Source: Ptychomitrium polyphyllum
Taxonomy: Eukaryota
DNA: 64,000 nt
Assembly (NCBI GenBank): GCA_973851085.1
Contig: OZ316775.1
Span: 5,270,001-5,334,000 of the forward strand
Direction of reading: 5' to 3'
This document shows positions 1 to 14,994 of the stretch, piece after piece. Numbering within the stretch: position 1 is the stretch's first letter; the number at the start of each line of letters is the position of its first letter. The translations under genes and the position numbers were made by a program. Under the pieces are notes generated by a model. That model ran no database searches and was not told the DNA's origin. It worked only from the letters and a program-made list of their open reading frames with translations.

Positions 1-3000
1 TATCCTTCTTCTTTTGATGGTGATGATGAATATGACCAAATGCACGTTGGCCGCCACAACTGGACAGTTCTTCATATCGTCTTACAATCTTCTCAACAAT
101 AAAGAAGAGGAGGATTCCACCTGAAGTTCAAGTAAGCGTTAACTCAATACCCATGTTTAAACATCTGCACTGACTCATTAAAAATATGTGGGATGAGATA
201 ATGCAGCTTATCATGATAAGCCACTGCTAAATAATGATGTAAAATCATATCATGAACTCAACATTATCTACTACTCAATCCTAAATTTACCACTTAGAAT
301 CAATCACTCCAACAAGCATAATAATATAAAGTCTCATAAAAAGATGGGCAAAAAATTTACAAGATAAATTAATAAATTAAAAAACAACACTTTCAAGGCA
401 GAACTTACCAAGCACAGCGAGGCCAATCGATAAGTCCTTTAGAGAGTGTGCATGGCCATTAGATGCACCTGAAGAGTGATCATGATCATGGGAATGGGAG
501 TGCGAATGACCATGATTACGATGATGTGCGTCGTGTGAATTAGGAGAAGACCCGGAGTTGACTGAACCCACGATAAAGAACCCAATGATGATAACGTTAC
601 CAGAGTTACAGATAATATATATTATCCTCACAAGTCTTCGAAATTCAAGAGATTCACAGCAAGGAGAAACTCTTTACTCGTACCATTTTAAACCTTCCGA
701 GTTCATTAAATAAAGATTGACTGTTTAAGCAACATCATCCGATGTATTAACATTAAACAAGAACCTACGTACGAGCATAAAGCACTCCAGAATCCACCAT
801 ACAAGAAGCCATAGTATAATGCAGAATGAAATATAGGATACTTGAGCAATTAGTTACCAAATGCATGTGGAAGTTGATGAAGGAAAGCATCTCCCAGCAT
901 TGCCCCAGCCTGTACAGGATACCCACAATACCTATCAGTTTGCTGCAAATGATATAGATTAACATGCTCGCTGTGGTTCAATCTATTGCTTGCATTTCTC
1001 ATTATACAATTCCGCGCATAAACTGTCATCATTTTGCAGGAGGTAGAACAGGAACCAAAAAGCATACACCAAAGTGTTGAAATGCACCGAGTGGACTTAG
1101 AGAAGGCTCAGATCGAAACTCTAGTGTTTGCAGTACACTTGAATGATTCATATCAACATTCATCAAGAAGCGATAAACTAACGCAGAGAAAAGCGTCACT
1201 GCCGTTAAATCTGCACAACATACCCCAAAAGCTGCCAAGGAATTGACTACTGTCTCTGAAGGCTTGCCGTTTGCTGCATCATGCACACATATTAGCACAG
1301 CTTCACAATGATCTCACTTCAAAATCAAAACAACTTATAAACAGATATAACATAAGTAGTAATAGGAATCTGTTTCTTACGATTGATGCTCTTCAACGTC
1401 TTCAACGTTTTAAAATGGCAAACTCAAACCAGCCACAGGCTGCTAAAGGTCAAATATCAAGAAGAATTAACTCTGAGAAAGACTTACAGACAATGCAAGG
1501 AAGAATCATTAGGCAGATAAGAGAGGCCAGGCTCACCAGCAATGAACAACCCATTGCTCGCAACCAAACACCTTCTCACATGCACACACACGCACACAAG
1601 AGCTCATCAAATACTGAAAGGTGCATATTATAACATTCTTACTTCCTAAAATACGTACTGCCAGAGTAGTCTCATCACAATGCGTTGACCATAACGAAAA
1701 TGATCGGCATGTAATCACACACTCGACAGATCCAAACCAGAGATGAAATAGCATAAAAGCGAAATTAGTCGGTATAAACCCTAAACCTTGAACCAAACCT
1801 TCAGCCAAGACCCATGGCTTCAAAGAGTCCCCCTAAGTGTTGCTACATTCGTAATATAACCGAATCGTAGCCTTTGCTCATGTGACATTAAGGAATACAT
1901 GAGCAGTCGATATTTTCGTCTTGTATGGCATTCACCCTTCCCGATAACAATTATACGAACTTAACATTTCAAATAAATATTTGATGTGTTAGAGGCCTCA
2001 GTGCAGTATTCCCCTGGAAACATCCATTGTTGAACGATTGCCGAACACAGAATGAAATGCACAAGAACACGAAAAACAAAACAGCAAAAGAATCCACCGA
2101 ACCTATATCCGGACCTCTCCATCGATTAGGCTGTTCAGCACTTGAGTATTGTTGACCCTCAAAACCATACTGCAGCAAATCTTCTTCCTCTGCAATCTCC
2201 TCTGGCAGAAAAAAATTCTTTTTCTTGATACTATCCCCGTGATCATGTCCGTGACTCCGACCACTGTAATCATGGTTATGATAATGAGCATCGCTTGCGA
2301 TAGAGAAGCCTACATTGGCATGTGCATCTCCATGTCCATGGTCACGGTCGTGCTTATGCTCGTGGTGTCCGTGTCCGTGTCCGTGTCCGTGTTCGGGTGA
2401 ATATTCGTGAGCATCATGACTTGTGCTGTGCCCATGCTCAATTTCTTCATTTCCGCTATTATCCTCATAACTATGACCATCCGCCAGACGCGACTCCTCC
2501 TGGCCCGCTCGATTCGAATAAACCTTCTCATGCATCTCCTGCGCATACTTATGCAAAAGACTAATCACATCCTCTCCCTTCAAATCAGGCGCATTCAAGT
2601 GCATATCATGCACACCAGGCTCCCCCTCACCATCAACCGCTTTGTTCGTCAATGTTTTCAACGCTGCCTCCAGCTCATTAAATCTCTCCTCCTTTGAAGA
2701 GTCCTCCGCTCCAATCTCCTCCACGTCCTTCTCCTCCTCCTCTTCTCCATCACCTCCCAAACCTCCCTCCTTCAAACCTCCATCACCTCCCTTCCCTCTC
2801 AACCTCTCCAGCTCCTCATTCGTCTCCTGCGCCTTCCGCTGCACCGCATAGATGTGCGCAAACAAGTCCGCTGCCGCATCGCCCCCCACCACCACTTCCT
2901 CCGCCAAATCCACAGGCGCCGATCCGACCAGCTCCAGGGGCGCGTCGCCGTTGAATTTCTCCAGCTCCTCCAAGCCGCCTCCCTTGCTGGCGGCCTGAAC

Positions 3001-3132
3001 CTCTCGAATGCGAGCGAAGAGCGCCTTCATAGCAGCGGAGTCGTCCTCCGCAACGGCGACGAAGGGGAGGAGGAGCAGGAGCACCCCGAGCACTAGGGTT
3101 TGGGCTCTCATGGTCCGCATCATCACAGCCAT
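1..3132 (-). CDS. IAR1: ZIP-family (LIV-1/ZIP7/KE4-like) zinc transporter, IAR1 orthologue; 5' six exons, gene continues beyond the left edge
   Basis: Exons with GT-AG borders and consistent phase: 3132-2103, 1571-1488, 1273-1224, 909-858, 561-409, 120-1(partial). Spliced product: signal peptide, His-rich region, LPEEIAEEEDLLQYGF, VWLRAMGCSLLVSLASLICLMILP, NGKPSETVVNSLAAFGAGAMLGDAFLHQLPHAF, HAHSLKDLSIGLAVLGGILLFFIVEKIVR, all characteristic of IAR1/ZIP7. First ATG at 3132 (the track start at 3162 is TTG). Confidence 0.93.
2365..2392 (-). repeat. (CACGGA)n hexamer microsatellite encoding His-Gly repeats
   Basis: gtgtcc tandem on + strand; translates as HGHGHGHGH in exon 1 of the ZIP gene. Confidence 0.85.
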
Positions 3133-6100
3133 GCCAGCATCGGCAAACAATGAACTACTCAATCGCCTCCCACTTCCCGCATTTCACACAACATCATCAC
3201 GCCACACGACGACTCCATAGGTTTACAATGCAGCAATCCTGCGGTACCCCGTCTGAGTATCTGTTGAGTATCAGAGCAGAATATAACGGGTATAGAAGTG
3301 GTATCAACGTCGTATCATGTAGGTATCAATCAAACTGGACATAGTAGACTCTCCAACAGAGTATTAGTGTGCAAGACTGCTCCTCTCCTTGGGCTTCCTT
3401 TTTGACTCTTGGGGGGAATGAAAGGTGGACACCAGGTATGGAAGAGTGACTTAAGGCTGACGACACATTTAAAACCAATCATAGAATACAATGGAAATCA
3501 TTTTCTGAAACTTAGTACTAACTAATCAACTTCATGCATTTGGCCTATTTCATGAAGAAAAATCATAAATTGTACAGAACCTATGTATTTATTATGAGGA
3601 TGATTACCTTTTCACATTGAAAATAATAAGTATTTACATTCCTAACAAAGAAAATATGAAAAAAATTACATGATCCAAAAAAACCATCACTTCTGCTTGT
3701 ATCACCACTGCACCTAACAAGCTTGAATCATGGGTTTAGAATTGCTGTACCTATAGCATTAACATTTATACTCTACACTAGTCGCTTCAATGATAGCCAA
3801 GTCATAAAGGCTGGGTCAGAGCAAAAACTGAGAACTCGTTCAACTGGGATCATATTATGTTTCTTGGCCACCTGCACAATAAGCAGAGGCAGCCTCCTGT
3901 AAATGTAACACTAAAAGTTCAGAGTAAAGTGGACAACAAGCATATCCAATGCCCACTGACCCTGTATAGAAGACAAAATAAAGTCCAAGTTTCCAAGATC
4001 TACCCCCTTTGTTGCAAACTAAGTACTTTAACAGTAGAAAGAGATGGGGACAGTTGACCATACCCTAGTTATAAAGTTGTTGAAACAACCTGTATATTCA
4101 GCAAACAAGTTAAATCATCCATACGTTTTTGTCCCAGAATTAAAAAAATTCTCAGTTGAAGAACCTCCAGCAATAAAGGGAAGAATAAGCAAGCAACTTA
4201 ATGTTGCATTGTGGTGGGAGGCATACCTCCACCAAGTCAACTGCAACAAGAAGTTGGGCATGAATATTGTATCCACTATAATCTTCCCAACTTTGTGCCA
4301 ATCAAAATGCTTTAATTTTTTTGGATTATGACAATTTTCAACTGCTCATCTATATGGATGAATTTTGTCCTTCTCTAAAGTGTCTTTGTTTGATACACTC
4401 ACATACCTAACCTGATGGACTATGACAATGATAAACCAGCATATGTCCAAATCCTGGATAAAAATATGTGTCAGCTTGAGTATTCACAAATGCAGATCAT
4501 TCAAGTATGACTTGCCTTGGCCAATAACTTCCTTTAACCACTAAGAAAAAGTGGTAAAGTAAGTAGTTAATGAATACTTTCAACCTCCAAGCTTTTTAGA
4601 ATTGGATGAGATACTCTATTCATTCATTTTGCCAAGGTTAATAGTGTCTTAAGTCATGAATTCAACAATGGATCATGAACTAGTTTTGGTATTAATTTTT
4701 TTAATGAATGAAGTAGAAGTACATGAAATCAAAATGTTCAAAAATTTTAATTCAAATTTTTTAGCTCATGATTTCATGAAATTGAAAAGTTCCAAAAAGT
4801 CATCACGTTTAAAGTACCAGAAGTCAAACCTATTACAACAATTTTACACAAACATTCCTAGAGTTTTTTTGTAATTAATTTTGAAAAGAATTTTGAATTT
4901 TAAGTTTAAATTTTATACATAAATATTGACAATAAAAATATAAAATTCAAACATACAAAAAAATATATGTGATACAAACATTACATTAGTTATTTGTACA
5001 TCAATTCCAAATTACTCTTCTTAATATTATTTTATGATGGATCTTTGCAAATGTTAAAAAGTAAGGAAGTTCTTTTAAATCTCAAGCCATGTAGTTTCTT
5101 CATAAAAAAAATTGTCTTTGAATTTCTTAGGATTATAAAAGTTAGCTCAAAACTAATAAAATGGCTATTACATCTTTGATGTAATGGAATTTAACTCTAG
5201 TTTTTGTACAATTATAAAAATAGAAAAATATTAAATATTAAATAATAAACAATATAAGTAAAAAATAAAATAAAATAATAAACAAAAAAAAGATATAAGT
5301 GAAAAAATATTTTATTTTTTAAAATTTTTAATGAGTTTTATAAATATAAATGAATAGACAAATAAACATGAAGAGATTATAAGGTTTCTTTTGTACTTTG
5401 TATAAAAACTTGAAAGTGGTAGATGGTGCACAAGTCTGTAAGGTGAATCAAATGGAGTATTGGTTTTATGAACTTCAAGCAAATATCATTTAATAAAATG
5501 ATGCTTCACAAATATTTTGATCTACAATAAATGAATTCTATTTTCCAAAAAGTCTCTACAAATCAACCAAAGCAATACTGCCTATCTAAAAAAAAATTTA
5601 ATGTGGCTATTTGTATGACAATTAATTGATTTAAATCATACTAATAGATTTGAAGAAGATCAATATAATTAGTAATAAACCATTTCAAAAAAATTATACT
5701 TTTGGTGTTGCTTTATGTGAGCGCTACCAACGACTTTCATTAATTGATTACACTTATTTTTGTAATTTAATACTATCACATCTAACTAATGAAGCAAAGT
5801 TAGTCTTTTAATTAATTATAATTTCAATATTATTTTTAGATGATTAATTAAATAAAGCCATTAAATTATTAGATTAAATTATTACTAGAAGCTTAAATAA
5901 TAGTAATTCAAAGTGCTAATATATAATTTCTTAAGCTTTGTTAATCTACTAAATAGTACCAAAATTTATAATTGAATATGATTAATAAGTACCTTTTTGT
6001 TTTTTAAAATTATGCCTTGGATTAATCAATATACTAAAATTTTGATTTCAAGATTAATATTTTTAAAGATTATAATTGATAATTTCTTTTTATTCTAATT

Positions 6101-9100
6101 TTTTAACACCTCCAACAAAATTTGAATTAGAAAGATACAACAAATTTTATTTCACACTCTCTTTGTTCATTTGCATTGTCTTCCCACTATCACAAATCGA
6201 CCTGAGTTTTTTTATACTATCTAGCTACTTTTGTTACAATTATAACTTACAATTTGTAATCCTTTGTTAATAAAAATTCACTTAAGAAATTTATAACAAA
6301 AAACCATTGCAAGTTGTTGAAGGTGATTGTATTATACTTTTTTATTTTGCAAATTTTTTTACTGAAGAATAATAAACTCTTCAAATTTTAGAAATATAAT
6401 CATATTCTAACAAATTGTGTAGTTTAAATGAACATCATTTTTCTATATTATATAAATGTGCAAGAAAATTGAATATTGCAACAATTAAATTTTGATTCAA
6501 TTGAAGTCTATAATATTTTTAGGCCATCACTTCAATGCACAATTTAATGCATTCATTATAAATACATTCTACAATCAGTGTTCTTCATTTAAATATTTTT
6601 AATTTAATCTATAACATTTAAATTCTTATAAATTGAGAAAAATTAAAAATATTTGATTCCATTGTTGGAAATATACTAAAAAATCTCATGTGCATCTTTT
6701 TTTTGTATTAAAAGTGCTATGCATCATCTGCAATATCATATTAATGCACAAACTTGATACTCTTCTTACTTTTATGATATCAATTAAATTTAATCCCTTC
6801 AATTTTTAGCGACCTAATTGAACAATTTTTGTTGCAATACTTCCAAAAAAATTCATTTTTCTATATTAGGAATTGAAATTGATTCAATATTGCTTTAACT
6901 TCACAAAATTTAATTCCACTCTTCTCATTGTTTATATTTTCAACTCTTTCAATTGACTTCATTCTAAATGGCCCCACATTCAAACAACTTGATGGCAATA
7001 TTATTGATAAAGATATTGTTTAATGAATAATACAAGAATAATTAGTAATACAATTAAGGATATTCCTTTAGTTGACATTGCCATAGCTAAAAGTGACAAT
7101 AATAATAAATTAAACATATTTTAGTTAATTTAGGATATCTTATATTTTTTTTTCTAATGCAATAATTGAATTTACCTACAATTAAGTTCATTTTGCAATC
7201 ATAATATAGGAGTAAAAAATCATTATGTCAATTATGAAGTAATGATTTTTTAAGATTGATATTGTAATGTTAAAAAATTCAATTATGAACTAACATAATA
7301 ATTGCAAGTTAATAACAATATCATTCAAATATCTTTGGATTTTAAGAATCTATTTGATATATAACATTAAGCATATCAATTAATAATTGTCCTTCAATCA
7401 ATGTCAAAGTGGATGTTATAATCACTTTAATTTTTTATGTACTTTAGAAGCTAGAAACTTCCAATAATGAATGGTGTCAATAAAAGATAATTTCAAATAA
7501 TTACTCAACAACAACTACACCATTTAATTAAAAAAACTGCAATAGGAACTTCCTCTTTGTCTATCATTTAAATGTAGTCAATTTGAAAAACTTAGATGTG
7601 CAAAGCATGAATTAATTAAAAATATGAAATTCTTCTATTGATTATAAAATAAAGATTTTGATTGATTGTTGCAATGGCAACAAAATAATTTGAAACTTTA
7701 GGGCCACTATTAGTAGAATAGCTTGGATAAATAGGCTTGCACAAAGAACCTTAATAAAATCACACTACCTCAATCTTGTCTATATGCTCATGATATTTAT
7801 ATAAGTGTAACTTCAATACTATTGAAATATTGATCAAACAAGATGGATGATATGTACTACATTCAAATTCTTGTACTGCAATGATTAATAAAAAATTGTT
7901 TTAATAAAGAATAATAGTTATTGTAAATCATTCATTTTTTTTATAAACCCGCCTTGAGAAGGCAATGGGCCTTTGGCTGCTACTAATTACTTAACAAAAT
8001 GACAAAAAAATGTTGTGAATTAAATTACTAGTGTAAGAGTCCTTAAGACATATCCTATAAGCTTTTGAAGATTACAACCAAATTCAAATCATAATTGATA
8101 AAACTTCTACCATAACTCGTAGACCGCTTCTACTTCAATATTCCATAGCTCTTTTTCTACTATAAATTTAGACTTGATTTTTTATATGCATATTCTTTAT
8201 CTTGTTAATATCATTTTGCCGAAATATCAACTTTAGAAACCTTTCCATTCAACTCCTACGGCCTAAAACGTACAATTCAATTTTTTTTGTATACTATTCA
8301 CAAAATCCCTCATATCTTTCACTACATAAGCCTTTTCTTTTCTAAATTTTTCCACTATCATCTTGAAGTAGTCAAAATGATAGTTTTTAAAATTTATTTT
8401 AAAAAGAACCATTTTTACAAGAAGTTATAAGCACTTAAAGCAGCTGCTTCTATAACTCAAACCAATTGAACCAACTTTATTTAAACTAGTGCCATAGTCA
8501 TATAGCAATTCTAAATGGAGCTTGTGATGGCATTCTAAAAAGCTTACAAATAAAATAAAAGAAATCCAATAAAAATCAATTAAATCTAAGAAATATACTA
8601 TGAGATATTGGCCAGAGAAAGACGACCTTATATACTAAGTCAAAGAAGCCAAAAAGGTAAAAAAGGAATGGAAGTCAAACTTCCACATCAACCCCTTACC
8701 TTCCTACGTCAGCCTCTTATCTTCTTACTTTAGCCTCTTGTCTATTCACATCATCAATCTAAATCTTTTTTTTTCTTTGGTTGAAATTTCTAGGTTCAAA
8801 CTACAAAGAAGGACAAAGTCAACTTCTACAAATCCAAAGTAAAAAAATAAACTAAAATAAAAATTAGAAAAGATTGAAGTTAAATAAGATAAGAACAAAA
8901 AGATTGGTGAGGCAGAATCAAATACCAAGTCATGAACTTGGTTGATTGGATAAGTTTGAGGTGCTAAACCGATCTAAGTTCAATTCTTATCAAATTCCTT
9001 GAATGGAATGGCGGCGTGTAACTTGGTACTGCTAGTAAAAAAGGGAGGCAGAAAAGCACTACAGTCAATTGGTCTCTCTGACCTTTGAATTAAGATAAGA

Positions 9101-9459
9101 TGCAATTCCACCTCCAAACTAAATAAAATTGTAGTTTCATCACAACCCCTTTTATCCAACCTTATTTTTTATTTTTTTAAAGTCCCTTCTAATATAATAA
9201 ACTAAAATTTACAAAATAACAAAAATTTGCTACATTTTAAATCATACTACTAATTATATCATAACACCATACTTTTTGAACATCATCCATCAACTTATAT
9301 CCACATTTATATAAGTAATTATTAATAAAAGTACAAATAGCGGTAAAAACATCACATTTATAAGCATCTAGCTAAGGATTTTTTTTAAATGTTAAGGAAT
9401 TATTTTTCAAGAGTTGCATGATTATTATTAAAAATTAAGTCTTTTATCTGATAAGCATA

Positions 9460-9820
9460 TGTTACGGATATACATATTAGAAGCATCTAGAAATATTCTT
9501 AGATGGTTTATGAAGCTTCCAAAGAAGCTATCTTGACTTAGGAAGCTTCCAAGGAAGCAACTCAAGGTTGTTTGAGTATGAAGCAATATATTAGAAGTTT
9601 CTCAAAAAACTTTCAAGACTTGTAGTTCTAGAATATATATAAGAATTGAGGCTAAAGGAATCTTCACTTTCAACAACGCATCTTTTGTGGTTTAGCTCAA
9701 ATCTTCTGGCCTTGTCTTTGTATCTTATAATAGTTCTTTATTTCTAATATACCTTAAAAATATCTTGTTCCACATCCAGGAATCTTGAAGCCTTGTTTTA
9801 TTATTACACTATCCACAATA
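9460..9820 (+). repeat. 5' LTR of element A
   Basis: Starts TGTTACGGA, TATATAA at ~9636, aligns with 23682-24061; terminal CA decayed to TA. Confidence 0.92.
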
Positions 9821-10036
9821 GTTTGTTGAGACTATCATACAATAATATTAGAGCTTAGTCTATTATGATAGAAAGCGGATCACCCTTCTTTTTGAAAGCA
9901 GTGTAGCACTTTAGAGGTTGCAAATTATCCTCCTCTTGACTAATATTGTTTTTTGAATTTTCTTTCGTTTCTTTCATAAGTAATAGTTTTTATTTGTTTC
10001 TATTTCATTTCTAAGCCAGAAGGTGAAGAAGTCGGT

Positions 10037-13000
10037 ATGACTAATTCAAAAGAAGCCAAATTAGATTCCATTATCAATGCCCTTGAAATGTTGAAAATCA
10101 AGATCAAGACTTTTTTCAAGCAAAATGAAGAATTTTATTTGACCATACATAATGGTCAAGGAGCAAAAGTACCGTAGTTGCTATTCCAAGTCAACTTAAG
10201 TGCTTCATCATCTAGACTTGATTTAGTAGAAGATGATCAAGTTTGAGCCTAGAATTCAATATCAACAGCCAAGGAACTAAGAATCAGCTTTCTTAAGAAG
10301 TTTGATGGTACGCGTTCAAAATTTTTGAAGCTTTGTGAATTAAATTCAACTTGTTACCTTTCTTCAACCTCGACGGTATCCTATGGACACTTCACTCATT
10401 GATTTGCTGGAAACGTTGCTTTCAAGATAAACATTGTGTTGATTTGTATGACTTTTTGAGAAGAATTCTTCCATACTTAGCAACTTTGATGCATTCCTAG
10501 TTGCATTTGCAGAAGCATTTGGTGATCATGACAAGCTCTGTTCTGCAACTATTAAGATTTGTGCCTTGAGCCGAGGGCCACATTTTATATCAACTTATGC
10601 ATCAGAATTTGGACAACTTGTATGCAACATCAATTGGAGAGAAGAAGCGTTGATGAGTCAATTTGATTGGGACATATGCGATGAGGTTAAGGATTTATTG
10701 CTATCCATGCCACACCTCCAAACACTTGATGAGGCCATCACTCAAGCTTTGAAGTGCAATAATTGTCTATTTCAATGCCAATAAGATAGGTAGACTTTGA
10801 TTACACTTCATCTATAAACCAAATTTTAAATAGCTTCAGCCAAGTTTACTTTTAATAAGTAATTGGGAGCAAAAGCCATGCAAGTTGATGCAATTCGCTT
10901 CAAGCACCTTACCAAACATGAAAAAAAGCGACAAAGGAAGCAAAGGTTGTGTTTGTATTGTGGAAAACCTAGCCATAAGGTTGTTAACTATCTAGAAAAA
11001 CGTCTATATATATATTGGATGAGGGATACAACTACAACGCCAAATGCTTTGTAGGAAAACAAGGATATCTAGCCATAGTATGGACTGTGCGGCTAAATCT
11101 GCTTCTTTTGCAAGAAAAAAAAAATCTTGTTTTTTCAATTCACCTTTCTTCTTGTTTTACTATACCTGTTTGTTTAGATGTTTAGAGGCTCAAAATCCTT
11201 ATTTTAATAGATTCAAGAGCCTTTGCTTGCTTTATTGATGAAAAATTTATGAAAACCTATATGTTTTTTTTTATTAAAAAATCCAAATCCGTCCATGTAC
11301 ATGTTATAGATGGTCAACCATTATCCTCCGGAGATGTTATTTATGAGACCAATCCATTACCAATAACATCAAACAACCGTAGTAGCCAAGTGATAATTAA
11401 TGTCATTAATTCTCCATTTAGTTTCTTGGCTCAAGCAGTACAACTAACGGATAGATTGGGCATTCCACAAAATAGAATTTCCAACATTAAAACTTGTAAC
11501 TATTTAACTTAGAAAAGAAGCTCAAGCATCTTAAAGATTTAAGATCAAAAAGCCTTTTTTTATTCACACTAGAGCATTTATAAAAGCAGCAATGACTAGT
11601 GACTCTTTTGCTTGTATACAACTCTAACGTCTAAAGTTGTGGCTTCATCATCAATCAATATAAAAAATAATAAGGAGTTCAACAATATATTTGAAAAGAT
11701 AATACAAACACCCTACCAGAACATTGTCCTTACAATTATTTTATAGACCTCCAAGATGGTGCCTAGCCAACGTTTGGACTTTTTTATAATTTATTCTAAA
11801 ATAAGCTTTTGGCAATAAGGAAATATGTGGATGAAAACTTAGCCAAGAATTTCATTCAACATTCAAAATCTCTTATTAAGATTCCAATACTTTTTGTGAA
11901 GAAAAAAGATGGGTCTTTACAAATGTATGTCAATTACCGCGGCTTCAACAAAATGACGATGAACAACCAATATCCATTGCTAGTGATATCTAGACTTCTT
12001 GATCAACTTGGTCAAGCAAATATCTATTTAAAAATAGATCTGCAAAGAGCCTATTTTTTGATGCGCATCAAAGAATAAGACAAATGAAAAACGGCATTTT
12101 AAAAAAGGTATGGACATTTTGAATATAATGTTATGCCTTTTGGACTTACCAACGCACCTGCCATATTCAGCATTTGATAAATGATATATTTCAAGAGTAC
12201 CTTGAAAATTTTGTCGTATGCTATTTGGATGATATCTTAATCTATTCAAAGAATCCATATAAATATGAATAACATGTTTGCATAGTCCTATAAAAGCTAC
12301 AGAATGCCAATTTGTATACCTAGTTGAGAAAATGTATCTTTCACAAACCTTAAGTAGAATTCCTTAGATATATCATATCCAACAAAGGAATATTGATAAA
12401 TCCAAAAAAAATAAAAGCAATCAGCGCTTTAATAAGGCCAAAATGAATATATAATGTCTAATGCTTTATGGATTTGCAGACTTTTATAGGATCTTCATCA
12501 AGGACTATTCTTAAACAACTGCACCACTCACACAACTAACATGCAAGGAAAAGCTTGAGTGGGAATCTAATGCTAAGGATGCATTCCAAAGTTTTAAACA
12601 AGCTTTTACTACAACTACTATTCTAGTCCATGTGGACTTTTCAAAGCAATTTTATCTTGAAACAAATCCTTTTGAATTTGCATTAGAAGCAATTTTGTCA
12701 CAAATGGAAGGTAAACAGAGACTCCATTCAATTACATTTCATTCCAATAAAATTTTAGCAACAGAAAGTACCTATAAAATCTACAACAAGGAAACCCTTG
12801 CAATTGAGGATTCTTTCTAAGAATAGCGTCACTTGCTCAAGAATGTCATGCATCCAATTATTATATATGCAGACTACAAGAATTTGGAATATTTCATGTC
12901 AGCCTGTATTTTGAATTGTTGCCAAGCTCATTGGAGTATGTCTTTATCTCAATTTAATTTTTGCATCACATATCGTCCCAAAAAACAACAAGAGTTGTTA

Positions 13001-14994
13001 GATGCTATGTCTAAGCAGTGATATCTTGCGCCAAAGGAAAGAAAGGTAGCACACAATCAACAATGAGCAATTTTGTCAAAACTCAAACAATTTTGTATAT
13101 GCACAACCATCATTTCAATTATGGTGGATTCATCATTCCTTAACCAAATTTATATAGCATCTATTAATGACCTTGTTGTTCTTGATATCAAGCGTCATTT
13201 CAACAACCTCTCTGAAGATATCTCCAAGTTCAATTTTGAGTACAAATTGTTACAGACACAAGAAACAAGAAACAAAAATGAAGGATTTTCCAATAATTAA
13301 CTTCCAAAGAGCTAATGATTAATAAGAATTTGATACAAAGATTAGTACAAGGCAGGATTCAATATGATCCACAACTTGTGTTGGCAAGATTAAGGAATAC
13401 CTTGTCTTGCCTCCAATTTATACTATGATGATTTTATCTCCTAAGATACTTCTAAAGAAATTTCCTATTAGGCTTAAAAATGTTCTAGAAGTTTATGGAA
13501 CCTTCCCAAGAAGTTTTCTAAGATATTGGAACCTTCCTAAGAAGCTTTTAAGGAGTTGAAATCTTCTTTGGAAGTTTCCTAAGGTGGTGAAACCTTGCTA
13601 GGAAGTTTCCTGAGGTGGTAGAACTTTCCTAGGAAATTTTCTAAAAATGTGGAAACAGCTATGGAAACATTGAAAGTATTCTAAGAAGCTACTATAATAT
13701 ACCAAAAGTATTTAAAATCTATGTTGCATGATATATATCCGTGACACAACCTTCTATATTTTTAAGAACGTTTATAAATTCCTAAAGGACTAGTTTGCCT
13801 TTGTATACTTGAAATACGTCATGACTTTCTTGTAGCTAGACATTTTGGATTCAACAAGACCTTTGAACTCCTCTTTCTTAACTTTTAGTGGCCTCAAATG
13901 TAGAAGGTTGTTAAAGAATTTGTATTTTTGTATTATACTTGCTCCTGATTAAAGAATTTTATACACAGCCCATACAGACTTCTTCAACTATTACCTACTC
14001 TAAAGCAATAGTGGTTGTTTGTTTCCATGAATTTCATCACAAATCTAATACCGTCAAATTTTTTTGATACCATCTTTGTAGTGGTAGATTGGTTGATCAA
14101 GATGATACATTTCATACCTTGCAAGAAGATAATTACTGATCAAGAGACTGCCACACTTTTTATGGATAATATCTACCGTTACCATGGATTACTCGACAAT
14201 ATTATATCCGATCGTGGGCTACAATTTGTATCAAGATTTTGGAAGTTACTCTTTAAAATCTTTAAGATAGACATAAAACTTTCTTTTGCCTTCTATTCTC
14301 AAAACGATAGTCAAATAGAGCAAGTAAACCAGATTTTGGAATAATATTTGAAGTGTACCATCAACTACCAACAAGATGATTGGACTTCCTACATGACATT
14401 GGCTGAGTTTGCCTACAACAATAGCTCTTACACTTCCACCTAACAAACGCCATTTTATTCTAACTATGGACATCATCCAAAGCTGGATATCTTACAGCCT
14501 CCATGATTTGAAAATCTAATAACAAAGGAATTTGCCAAAAGGATGGCAGAGCTTCAAATAACGATGAAGATACAATTAGAAAAAACTTGAGAACAATATA
14601 AAACGGCAAAAGATGCAACAAGGAAGGAACAACCTCCATTTTAAGTTGATAAGAAGGTGTGGCTCCTTTGACACAATATAAAGACCAAGAAGTCATATAA
14701 CAAGCTGGAGTATTGCAGATTGGAACCAATTGCAATCAAAAAACAAGTCAAATACATGGCATATTTTTTGGAACTATCAACATTAAGGAAGGTACATTCA
14801 GTCTTCTACGTTTCACTTTTGGAAATTTATAAAGAATCATGTACACGTGGACAAAGGCAACTGCCACCATCTATGGTAAAAATTGACAATCATCATGAAC
14901 TTGAGATAAACAAAGTGGTTGGTTCACAAATAAGACGTACAAAGTTGGAATACTTGGTCCATTGGCGCAGAATGACATCAATGTATGTACATAG
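10037..14994 (+). pseudogene. Element A gag-pol, heavily disrupted; chromodomain tail resumes at 23012-23116
   Basis: Fragments: gag with CLYCGKPSH zinc knuckle, RT ([31 protein letters not shown]), RNase H (DYKNLEYF), integrase (FVSMNFITNL..ISDRGLQF), chromodomain (EYLVHW / T*ELANNLTN) split by element B. Confidence 0.9.
13248..13746 (-). mobile_element. Solo LTR E (B family) inserted in element A pol between RNase H and integrase
   Basis: TGTTACAGACAC...GTGACA, homologous to B LTRs; degenerate TSD caaat/caacc; host reading frame (KFNFEY|NLLYF) rejoins across it. Confidence 0.88.

Noticed and set aside
1776..1784. Telo-box AAACCCTAA in ZIP intron 1
   Set aside because: Single short motif far from the promoter; could be chance.
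2103..3220. Many overlapping and antisense ORFs over ZIP exon 1
   Set aside because: Shadow frames of a GC-rich, low-complexity coding exon.
5700..7990. Helitron remnant (hairpin-like GC patch near 7947-7985 ending ctactaa)
   Set aside because: No recognisable Rep or helicase motifs and no clean CTRR terminus; needs a repeat-library search.
8030..9040. Possible additional TE fragment upstream of element A
   Set aside because: Coding-like decay is visible, but no termini, TSD or diagnostic motif could be fixed.
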